Positions 1 through 8,391 of a stretch of DNA of 64,000 bases are shown in pieces. The stretch lies in NCBI GenBank assembly GCA_965223325.1, contig CBDCWI010000002.1:1280001-1344000 (forward strand). The letters run 5' to 3'. The position numbers and the translations under genes are program-made. Within the stretch, counting starts at the first letter, position 1; each line of letters starts with the position of its first letter. The notes under the pieces are model-generated. The model was not told where the DNA came from. It saw nothing but the letters and a program-made list of their open reading frames with translations, and made no database searches. This stretch comes from Candidatus Multivoradales bacterium. GTDB taxonomy: Bacteria; Acidobacteriota; Thermoanaerobaculia; Multivoradales; Multivoraceae.

Positions 1-71
1 CGCTCCGTGCCGCCCTCGATCGAGTACGCAGCGGTCGAGATACCAAACGTGAATCCCTCGGGAAAGCTCAT
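1..71 (-). CDS. glycoside hydrolase family 1 (beta-glucosidase-like), N-terminus only; runs off the window edge
   Basis: Manual translation from ATG at 71 gives MSFPEGFTFGISTAAYSIEGGTE, matching the GH1 N-terminal signature FP..F..G..TAAYQIEG. Not in the ORF track. Confidence 0.8.
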   Translation of the reverse strand, partial: MSFPEGFTFGISTAAYSIEGGTE

Positions 72-106
72 CCTGCCTTCTTCACTCCCTTGACTCGAAA
101 CGCCTT

Positions 107-1459
107 TCAACTGCGGCCGGCGAGCCACTCCTGACCGACATGAGAGATGACCAGGCGACGTTTACCGCGTCCACTGAGAGGGATTTCGGCGGTCCAGTCG
201 ATGGTGATCTCGACCTGGCCGCGAGTAGCGGCCAGGATCTCGCGGCAGAGCGTAGCCTCCACCAGGGCACGGTCGGCGCCCTCCCGGGCGACCAGACGCA
301 CCCGCAGGTCCTCTAGTGTTTCCTGAACCACCTGATAGTGCTCCAGGTGCTCTTCGAGCGACTTCATCAGCACCACGAAGAAGTGCATGACCAGAAAGGT
401 CTCGTCGGGCAGAACGATCAGGTCGGGTACCCGCCCCTCGACACGCTCGAGCATCGGGAGGGTCCGGCCGCAGAGGCAGGTGGCGTCAGGCGGTGCCGGC
501 ACCGCCAGATCACCGACTTCGTAGCGCACCAGGGGCATGGCGAAGTTGTCCAGCTGCGTGAGCACGACGCGCCCGAGCTCCCCGGGCGCACACGGGCCGT
601 CTGCTCCTAGCACCTCGAAGATCGCGTTCTCGGGGTGGAGGTGGTAACGGGTTTCGCTGTGCGCGCACTGGCTCGCCACGTGGAAGCCTTCGCCGCCGGC
701 CCCGTAGTAGTCGAAAACCCGCTGTTTGAAGACCCGCTCGATCGCTTCACGATAGGGCGTGTAGAGGGCATCACCGGTAGCCGTGATGCCATCGACCTCC
801 GGCACCTCGAGGCCGAGAGACTCGAAGCGCCGAGCCACGGCATAGAGCGACGACGAAAAACCGTTCAGATGCGCTGGCTCACTGCCCCTGGGCGACAGGG
901 CCCTTTGAACCGCACGAGCGTCGAGATCATCGGCGTTCATCGTCAGGTAGGCGCAACGAAACAAGCGATCCTGGAGTTTCTTCTTCCAACCCAGGCGGGG
1001 ATTCAGGTTCACCGTCACGTAGCGATCGCCCGGCGAGTACCCAGCCCAGTTCCAGATGCGAAAACGCAGCGCCCAGAACCAACTCTCCTGGGTCGCCGTG
1101 CGATAAAAGACCATCGGTCGCCCGGTCGAGCCACTGGTGGCATAGCGATAGACCTTCTCGTTCGTTTCGAGCGGAAAGAGGCCTTCCGGCGCATCGCGAA
1201 GGTCGTCCTTGGAAACCACCGGCAGCCCCGACAAGAGCTCGTAGTCCGAAGGAGGCCCTTCGCGGTTCTCGAACCCGCGATAGAAGGCACTCTTCTGACT
1301 TGTGGCGAGAAGCCGCTCGAGCTTTTCTTCCTGGCGTGCCCTCTGCTTCTCTCGCGACAGATTCTCCGACTCGTGCAACTGGCCGATGAGCGGCACAATG
1401 TGCGTGCCATTCGCCCGATCGAGAAGCGGGAACACCAGCTTCTCGAAAACACCACTCAC
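107..1459 (-). CDS. phenylacetate-CoA ligase-like (PaaK/CapK family) adenylate-forming enzyme
   Basis: AMP-binding motifs YATSGSTGRP, DYYG..E, RYEVGD and GRVPD; ~450 aa. Confidence 0.8.
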   Translation of the reverse strand: MSGVFEKLVFPLLDRANGTHIVPLIGQLHESENLSREKQRARQEEKLERLLATSQKSAFYRGFENREGPPSDYELLSGLPVVSKDDLRDAPEGLFPLETNEKVYRYATSGSTGRPMVFYRTATQESWFWALRFRIWNWAGYSPGDRYVTVNLNPRLGWKKKLQDRLFRCAYLTMNADDLDARAVQRALSPRGSEPAHLNGFSSSLYAVARRFESLGLEVPEVDGITATGDALYTPYREAIERVFKQRVFDYYGAGGEGFHVASQCAHSETRYHLHPENAIFEVLGADGPCAPGELGRVVLTQLDNFAMPLVRYEVGDLAVPAPPDATCLCGRTLPMLERVEGRVPDLIVLPDETFLVMHFFVVLMKSLEEHLEHYQVVQETLEDLRVRLVAREGADRALVEATLCREILAATRGQVEITIDWTAEIPLSGRGKRRLVISHVGQEWLAGRS

Positions 1460-3036
1460 TCGTGCTCCTTTGCCCCGGCGAGCGCTTCGAGCAGGGCCGA
1501 ATCGATGCGTGCCTTGACCGTGCGCCGGTCGAGGCCGAGGCGGCGGGCTGCTTCGACGTAGCTGCCGGCCTTCGAGTACACCAACGTCGTGTACCCCGAG
1601 AGCAGCTCGTCGGCGTCGAGATCACCTACCTCGAGGCGCGCCAGAAAGCCGGCGAGACCCGGCGGGTCGACCGCCTCGCCGCCGGCCGGGTGGTACGAGC
1701 CGCGCACCAGGACGTTGCGTACGCACTGCTCGAGCTCTCGGAAGTTTCCGCGCCATGGATACTCCGACCCGAGGTTCTGCCGAACGAAAGCCGTCGTCTC
1801 GGCGGCCAGCGAATCGGCCTCGGAGGCGCCCACCATACGCCCGGCGATGGTCGCGATCAGCCGACCGAGCTCAGACGGTGCATCGTCGAGTTGCTCGCGC
1901 AAGGACGGCGTGCGCACGATGTCCGAGCAGATTCGGTAGTAGAAGTCTTCGCGCATGCGGCCTTCTGCCATCTCGACCTCGGGCTCACGGTTGGTCGCCG
2001 CAATCAGTTTGCCGCGGAAGCGCCGGGTCTCGGTATCGCCGAGGCGCTGGAAGGTCCTGGTCTGGAGAACCCGCAACAGCTTTACCTGGATGGTTTCATC
2101 GATCTCGCCGATCTCGTCGAGAAACACCGAGCCGAGTGGTGGACAGACCTCGAACCAGCCCTCCCGGTCGGCCACTGCGCCGGTGAAGGCGCCACGCTGG
2201 TGGCCAAAGAGTTCCGACTCGATCAAGGTCGGCGAGAGGGCCACCAGGTTGAGGGCGAAAAAGGCTCCCTCGAAGTCTTCGGCAAATGCCTGCCTGGCCT
2301 GGTCAAAGGGAATGAATCGAGAAAGACCGATGGCCCGCGCAACTAATTCCTTACCCGTACCTGAGGGGCCGGTAATCAGCGTCGTGACATCGCCCATGCG
2401 GTCATAGAGGCCACGGCGGTAGCGGCGCATGTCGTGAGTGAAGATCGACTGCCAAACCGCCGAGCGCAGCGCCGCCGCCGGTTTCGAGGCACCAGCGAAG
2501 GTGCCGAAGACGAAGTGAAAGGCCCGTCGCAGCTGGAAGAACCACCCGAGGCACAACGAGGCGTCGAGGCGCTCGACCATCCCGAGGTCTGGATCGTTGA
2601 TCCAATGGTGAATCTGCTTCTCGAGCGCCGGGAAGATCGCCACCGGGCGGGTCGATGCCACACCGCCGCGCGCAATCAGTGCGCCGAGATCACCCTGATG
2701 CAGGTTATAGAGGTGGTAGAGAACGAGATCACGCCACAGGCGGCGCGTCTCCTCGCTGGGCCTATCGCCCTTTCTGTTCTTTTCTACCAGTCGAGGGCGC
2801 GCACGCTCGAGCAGCGCCGCGAGCCGCTGGTCGATCAAGGGTAGGTTGGGATTCTTCTCGTAGTCACTGGCCCGGTGCCAGACCTCCTGACCGAGCTCCT
2901 GGTACTGGCCGCCAAGAGCTTCGCGCTCGAGGGACACGCGCTCGACGGAGAAAGGATCAGCGTGTGACAAGCGCGCCACCGCCTCGACGAAAGCCCGGTC
3001 GGAACCGGCAAACAGATGGGGCGCAGCACTAGCCAT
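1456..3036 (-). CDS. sigma54-dependent enhancer-binding transcriptional regulator (AAA+ plus C-terminal HTH)
   Basis: Walker A GPSGTGKE, ESELFGH.GAFTGA, FLDEIGE, YPWRGNFRELE, HTH AARRLGLDRRTV; no REC domain. Confidence 0.92.
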   Translation of the reverse strand: MASAAPHLFAGSDRAFVEAVARLSHADPFSVERVSLEREALGGQYQELGQEVWHRASDYEKNPNLPLIDQRLAALLERARPRLVEKNRKGDRPSEETRRLWRDLVLYHLYNLHQGDLGALIARGGVASTRPVAIFPALEKQIHHWINDPDLGMVERLDASLCLGWFFQLRRAFHFVFGTFAGASKPAAALRSAVWQSIFTHDMRRYRRGLYDRMGDVTTLITGPSGTGKELVARAIGLSRFIPFDQARQAFAEDFEGAFFALNLVALSPTLIESELFGHQRGAFTGAVADREGWFEVCPPLGSVFLDEIGEIDETIQVKLLRVLQTRTFQRLGDTETRRFRGKLIAATNREPEVEMAEGRMREDFYYRICSDIVRTPSLREQLDDAPSELGRLIATIAGRMVGASEADSLAAETTAFVRQNLGSEYPWRGNFRELEQCVRNVLVRGSYHPAGGEAVDPPGLAGFLARLEVGDLDADELLSGYTTLVYSKAGSYVEAARRLGLDRRTVKARIDSALLEALAGAKEHE

Positions 3037-3111
3037 TCCCGGATCCTATGCAAGTCCGGGCCCGAAGATACAACCCGGGCCCAAGGGGCCTTCAGGTGTC
3101 AAACAGGAGGC

Positions 3112-3645
3112 TCAAGCCTTGACGACCTTGGTACTCGCCATCATGTCGTGGATGCAGCGTCGATCGGCACGGAAAATGAAGAGAACGTCGATAAGGCCAA
3201 AGAAGGGAATGAAGCTCACCAGCAGCTGCGTCGCCGCAAAGCGAATGAACACCACCTTCCCGACCGGAACCGGCGAGCCATCGTCGTTGACGATCTTCAC
3301 TCCGAGCATGCGCTTGCCGATCGTCTGACCATTCTCTGCCAGGAGTTTGAGGGTCCAGCCACACCAGGCAACAAGGCCGAGAAGCACGCCCAGAGCGCCG
3401 CCGAGCAAAGCGAGGTCCTCGTCAACCGAGACCATCGAGACCATAACCAGGAAGCCCGGCAGCAACACGGCCATCAGACTCAGATTGTCGACGATCTTGG
3501 CCACCAGGCGCGAACCCGGATCCGCCAGGGTCGAGTGGTCAGTGGCGGTCGGAGCGACTCCGCCGACGTCCGCGTTTGGCGCCGCGTAGGGGTTGTCGTA
3601 GGGCGAAAGGCTGGGTTGCAGAGTCTGCGGGTCGGACATCGTCAA
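3112..3645 (-). CDS. RDD family membrane protein
   Basis: NPYAAP N-terminus, RLVAKIVD, GQTIGKRMLGVKIV, RRCIHDMMAST. Confidence 0.88.
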   Translation of the reverse strand: MTMSDPQTLQPSLSPYDNPYAAPNADVGGVAPTATDHSTLADPGSRLVAKIVDNLSLMAVLLPGFLVMVSMVSVDEDLALLGGALGVLLGLVAWCGWTLKLLAENGQTIGKRMLGVKIVNDDGSPVPVGKVVFIRFAATQLLVSFIPFFGLIDVLFIFRADRRCIHDMMASTKVVKA

Positions 3646-3967
3646 TTTTCTCCAAAATACATCGAATACCAGACATACAAAGTATACATGGTTTCTAGCT
3701 CGATTCCCAGCCTCCTAAGTAAACCTCTCATTCAAAGGGACTTACGAGCCAGACGGAGGTCAGGTCGGCAGTCACCAGGATTCAGGCCCTCCCCAGAATC
3801 ATCCCAGTCATTTCCCAGTCGATCGCCCGGCGTTTGCCCGGCGACGGCCGGGCTGCCGATCCAACGAGGCAGGATCACTCCAGCGAGAATCCGCGGCCAA
3901 ACGCAGCTGCGGTGTGACGACCTTCGGAGGCTGAAGGCGAAGCGGGCCGCTTGCGCCGCAAACGGAG

Positions 3968-5251
3968 CTAGTACCGGAGAACCGAGAACAGCATCGCCTT
4001 TTGAACGTCAGTCGAGAATCCATCGGCGCTGTAGTCGGCGATCTTGAGACCGACGACCTGGCCGCCGGGCGCCTTCCAGGTCACGAGAGCATCGACTTCG
4101 GTGCCGTAGTCGCCCGAGGTGTTCTCGGCCGAAAAGTCGTGGTAGGCGGCCTGTACATTCCACACACCCTTGCCCCAGCCAAGCTTCAGGTAGAGGTCTT
4201 CGAGACCGTTGGCAGGAGTTGCGAGGAACTTGTCGGCGAAGCCGTTGAACTTGTGCAGTGTGGCAAGCGGGGTGATGAACGCCGTCGTCCCGTCGCCTTC
4301 GAGAACTTCGGTCCCGAGGCGAGCGCTCCAGGCACCCTGTTTGAGCCCGCCCTCGACCCGCAGGTAGTCGTGCGAGAGATCGGCGGCGTTGTCGCCATAG
4401 TCGTCCTGGCGGGCGAACTGTAGATCGTAGAGGCCCGCAAGACCAGAGGAACCGAGCGCGCTCGAGCCCGTGAAGCTCACCGCGACGGTCGCCCGTGAGC
4501 GCCCAGAAAGAGCCGCGGCGTCGTAGTCCAGCCACTGCCCCGAAATCCCCAACACTCCCCCACCGAACGCACGTCGCACGTCGGCTAGATGTCCCGTCAG
4601 GTCCTGCCGAGCGCCGGTGATCGTATGCACCCGGTCGAGGAAGACGTAGGAGAGCTTCCAGGCCTCCTTGCCTTCTCCGATGGCGGTATCGATCGACACG
4701 GCATCGAAACTCTGGTGGTTCTGACGCCAGGCAACCGCGCCAACGAAACGCTGGTCGCCGAGGTTCTTCTCGAACCGCCCGGCCTTGACCGCCACCTGGC
4801 CGCCGAAGTCGTAGGCCACCCAGGCCTGGTTGATCTCGGTGAGATCGGGGTCGGCGACCACGGGACGATTGGTCACACCGTTGTGAAGGGAGCGCGCACC
4901 AACATTGTTGTAGAGCTCCTCGCGCGGGCCACTGACGTCTTCGACCTCCAGCCCGAAGGTAAAGCCGCTCAACGGGGCACTCTGGAACACGAAACCGGAA
5001 CGCAGGGTGAGCGCCTCGCCATCGCGGCCTTCGAAACGCGCGGCGTCGTCATCGACAAACTCGAAGCGCGGTCTGAAGGAGACACCCCACTTGCCCTTCT
5101 TGAAAGTCTCCCCGAGGGTCGAAGCCACTTCATCCTCACTGTCCGATGCAGCCTGGGCAGCCGGAGGGGCGACCAGCGCGAGCGAGAAGAGGAGGGCAAG
5201 AGAGGCCAGGGCCGACGATCGGACAGTCCAACGAATGGTTCTATAAAGCAT
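3968..5251 (-). CDS. outer-membrane beta-barrel protein (alginate-export/AlgE-like porin)
   Basis: Signal peptide, alternating beta-strand pattern, RFVGAVAWRQN.QSFDA and TPLATLHKFNGFADKFL motifs, C-terminal aromatic residue; start may be 5275. Confidence 0.75.
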   Translation of the reverse strand: MLYRTIRWTVRSSALASLALLFSLALVAPPAAQAASDSEDEVASTLGETFKKGKWGVSFRPRFEFVDDDAARFEGRDGEALTLRSGFVFQSAPLSGFTFGLEVEDVSGPREELYNNVGARSLHNGVTNRPVVADPDLTEINQAWVAYDFGGQVAVKAGRFEKNLGDQRFVGAVAWRQNHQSFDAVSIDTAIGEGKEAWKLSYVFLDRVHTITGARQDLTGHLADVRRAFGGGVLGISGQWLDYDAAALSGRSRATVAVSFTGSSALGSSGLAGLYDLQFARQDDYGDNAADLSHDYLRVEGGLKQGAWSARLGTEVLEGDGTTAFITPLATLHKFNGFADKFLATPANGLEDLYLKLGWGKGVWNVQAAYHDFSAENTSGDYGTEVDALVTWKAPGGQVVGLKIADYSADGFSTDVQKAMLFSVLRY

Positions 5252-5326
5252 TGAAAAACTCCTGAGGGTGTGCACCCTACGTCCGAGAGGTAAGAAAAGG
5301 GAAAGGCGAAAAGGCGAGAAGAGGAA

Positions 5327-5914
5327 CTAGCCGCCGCTGGCCGTATGACCTAGCGGATCACTGACACTCGCCACCGCGACGTGGCACTGCCGGCAATTCA
5401 CGCGCTCGGGATGGCTGGTACGCAACTCGGGGCGCGCCGCATCGCCGTCATGACAGGCCAGGCAGTTCTCGCGCATGAAGACCCGATGCGGCAGTCGCGG
5501 CGGGGCGATCTCACTCGCTCGATCGCCGTGCACCCCGCCGGGCCCGGTGGCCGAGACTTCGAGGGCCTTGCCCACGAAGGTGGAGGCCACGAAGACGTCA
5601 TCGGTTGCCACCTCGACGTGACACTGGCGGCAGCGGGCAGCCGCCATTCCCAGCGTGCCGCCATGCGGCAGAGCTGGCGAGAGACCGACGTTTGGAACCT
5701 CGATCGCCCGGTCGCCATGACAGGAAACACATTCCGCCGAGAAACCGAGGTGCGGGATGACCGGAGGCGCACCGTGAAAGGCCCGGCGCTCGGCACGCTC
5801 GGCGTACGAAGCAGGATCTTCTCCAGGGCCCGGGCCCGGCGAGCAGCAGAGCGCGCCGAGGGACGCCACGAGAATGACTGCCAGTGTTCGAACCGTGAAT
5901 ACGGGGGGGCCCAT
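5327..5914 (-). CDS. napB: NapB-like nitrate reductase cytochrome c subunit, tetraheme (duplicated module)
   Basis: GAPPVIPH..CVSCH..CRQCHV repeated as APPRLPH..CLACH..CRQCHV; directly follows napA. Confidence 0.8.
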   Translation of the reverse strand: MGPPVFTVRTLAVILVASLGALCCSPGPGPGEDPASYAERAERRAFHGAPPVIPHLGFSAECVSCHGDRAIEVPNVGLSPALPHGGTLGMAAARCRQCHVEVATDDVFVASTFVGKALEVSATGPGGVHGDRASEIAPPRLPHRVFMRENCLACHDGDAARPELRTSHPERVNCRQCHVAVASVSDPLGHTASGG

Positions 5915-5925
5915 CTCGCGACCTC

Positions 5926-8340
5926 TCAGACCCGTTCGACGCGCACGGCGCACTTCTTGAAGTCAGGCTCTTTCGAGATGTTGTCCAGCGCGTCGAGTGT
6001 GAGCTCGTTGATCAACTTCGACTCGTCGAAGAAGGGCACGAAGACCGATCCTTCGGGCGGTGCCCCCCGCCCGTCGACGGCGGCTTGCAGTTCGATGGTG
6101 CCGCGGCGACTCGTTACCCGCACTCGCGACCCGTCCTGCACGCCGAGGCGCGCCGCATCGGCTGGATTGAGCTCGACGTAGGCCTCGGGTACCGCCTGGT
6201 GCAGCTGCCGTACGCGGCGGGTCATCGAACCGCTGTGCCAGTGTTCGAGGACCCGGCCGGTCGAGAGCCACAGAGGGTACTCGTCGTCTGGGATCTCGGC
6301 TGGCGGGTGGTAGGGGCGCAGCCAGAAGGCCGCCTTTTCGCCATACCCCTTGGCCTTGTAAAAGTGCACACCCTCGTTCTTCTTGACGTATGGGTCGATC
6401 CCGGCGGCGTAGCGATAGGGGGTTTCGCGCCCGTCGACAACCGGCCAGCGCAACCCACGGGTGGCCTTCAGATCCTCATAGGAGGCGAGATCTTTGCCGA
6501 CCCCGAGGGTGAAGCTCCGATACTCCTCGTACATCGCCTCGTGCCAGTCCCCCTCCCAGGGGAACAGGTACCCCATGCCCATGCGCCTGGCCACTTCGAC
6601 GATCTGCTCGGCGTCCTCGACCGCCTCGCCGGGAGGCTCGATCATCTTGTTCCAGTGCTGGGTGCGCCGCTCGGTGTTCCCGAAGACACCCTCGCGCTCG
6701 ATCCACGCGGCGGCAGGGAGCACGAGGTCGGCCATCTCGGTGGTCGGTGTCGGATAGATCTCGGAGACCACCACGAACCGACCGTCACCCGGCTGGCGCT
6801 CGAAACGATGCAGGTTGGGCAGCGACAACCACGGGTTGGTGGTCTGAATCCACATTGCTTTGACGTCACCGCGCCGAAGCGCACGAAACATGTCGACTGC
6901 GTGGTACCCGGGCTTGGGATTGATCGTCCCGGGTTCGAGGCCCCAGATCTCCTCAGTCTTCTTGCGGTGGTCGGGATTCATCACCACCATGTCGGCCGGC
7001 AGTCGATTCGACAGCGTGCCCACTTCGCGTGCCGTTCCGCACGCCGAAGGTTGCCCGGTGAGACTGAAGGGGTTGGCACCGGGGCGGCCGATCTTACCGG
7101 TGATCAGATGGAGGTCGTTGATCAGGTTGTTCATCCAGGTGCCGCGAGTGTGCTGGTTGACCCCCATGCACCACAGGCTGACCGTGCCGCGGCTGCGGGC
7201 CCCGTAGATCTCTGCCAGCGAGTGGATGGTCGCAGCAGGCACTCCGGTGATCTCACTCGTGCGCTCGGGGCTGTAGTCCGCCAGGAAGGTACGCAGCTCG
7301 GCGAGTGAACTGTCACGGCCCTTGTCTTTCCAGGTGTAGCGCTCGGCCTGGTCGCCGTAGCAGCCATAGCCGATCTCGTCCTGGTCTTCGATGCCGCGCT
7401 TCCAGACCACGTTCTCGTCGATGAACGCCTTGTCGATGGCGTCGTTCTCGAGCAGGAGATGCATGATGCCGTTGGCCAGCGCCAGATCGGTGCCGGGCTT
7501 GAACTGCACATAGAGATCGGCATACTGCGAGGTCGCCGTCCGCCGTGTCGCGAGGTCGATGATGCGAACGTCGGGGCGCTGGCGCCGGGCCTCGAGAATG
7601 CGGCTGAACAAGACCGGATGCGCCTCGGCCATGTTGTTGCCCCACAGCACGAAATCGTCGCCAACCTCGAAGTCTTCGTAGCAGCCCATCGGCTCGTCGC
7701 TCTGGAACTGGGTCACGAAACCCATCACCGCGCTCGCCATGCACAGACGCGCATTCGGGTCGATGTTGTTCGAACGCATTCCGCCTTTGACCCACTTGAG
7801 CGCCGCATACCCATCGTGCACGGTCCACTGTCCTGAGCCATAGACGGCCACCGACTCGGGACCACTCTCGGCCAAGGCCTCCTGGAACTTCTCGGCGATC
7901 AGATCGTAGGCCTCGTCCCAGGAAATGCGTTCGAGCTTCCCGTTGGCATTGCGGCGCTGCGGGTACAAGAGGCGGTCTTCGCCGTAGAGAAGACCCGGCA
8001 GGTGGTAGCCCTTGACACACAAGAGACCCCTGTTGACAGGGTTCTTGGTGTCGCCGCGCACGGCTACGGCGCGCCCATCCTGGACCCCGACCTCGACCCC
8101 ACAGCCGGCTCCACAGAAGCGACACGGGGCCTTCTGCCAGTTCACACCCTCACGATCGAGAGCCGCGACGTCGGTGTCGTCGGCGGCTGCCTCGATCTCT
8201 CGCGCTCGTTCCTGGTCGCTGCAAGAGAAGGCCGCTGCGGCCGCACCACCGGTACCAAGAACAGTCAGGAATCGACGTCGGTCGACACCACGTTTCGGAT
8301 CGTTCGGATTCTTCATCGGGTTCGTTTTCCGGAAGGCCAT
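5926..8340 (-). CDS. napA: periplasmic nitrate reductase catalytic subunit
   Basis: Tat motif DRRRFL, [4Fe-4S] motif CRFCGAGC...C, Mo-ligand region NARLCMASAV, GQPSACGTAREVG, C-terminal PDFKKCAV. Confidence 0.93.
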   Translation of the reverse strand: MAFRKTNPMKNPNDPKRGVDRRRFLTVLGTGGAAAAAFSCSDQERAREIEAAADDTDVAALDREGVNWQKAPCRFCGAGCGVEVGVQDGRAVAVRGDTKNPVNRGLLCVKGYHLPGLLYGEDRLLYPQRRNANGKLERISWDEAYDLIAEKFQEALAESGPESVAVYGSGQWTVHDGYAALKWVKGGMRSNNIDPNARLCMASAVMGFVTQFQSDEPMGCYEDFEVGDDFVLWGNNMAEAHPVLFSRILEARRQRPDVRIIDLATRRTATSQYADLYVQFKPGTDLALANGIMHLLLENDAIDKAFIDENVVWKRGIEDQDEIGYGCYGDQAERYTWKDKGRDSSLAELRTFLADYSPERTSEITGVPAATIHSLAEIYGARSRGTVSLWCMGVNQHTRGTWMNNLINDLHLITGKIGRPGANPFSLTGQPSACGTAREVGTLSNRLPADMVVMNPDHRKKTEEIWGLEPGTINPKPGYHAVDMFRALRRGDVKAMWIQTTNPWLSLPNLHRFERQPGDGRFVVVSEIYPTPTTEMADLVLPAAAWIEREGVFGNTERRTQHWNKMIEPPGEAVEDAEQIVEVARRMGMGYLFPWEGDWHEAMYEEYRSFTLGVGKDLASYEDLKATRGLRWPVVDGRETPYRYAAGIDPYVKKNEGVHFYKAKGYGEKAAFWLRPYHPPAEIPDDEYPLWLSTGRVLEHWHSGSMTRRVRQLHQAVPEAYVELNPADAARLGVQDGSRVRVTSRRGTIELQAAVDGRGAPPEGSVFVPFFDESKLINELTLDALDNISKEPDFKKCAVRVERV

Positions 8341-8391
8341 TGTTTAGGGCGCCGCTGCGGGCACTTTTAGGGGTGCGAGCTGAGCGAGAGC

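Noticed and set aside
3650-3750. AT-rich short palindromes upstream of the RDD gene (ATACAAAGTAT; TAAGT...ACTTA)
   Set aside because: Probably promoter or operator DNA, but too short to assign to a regulator.
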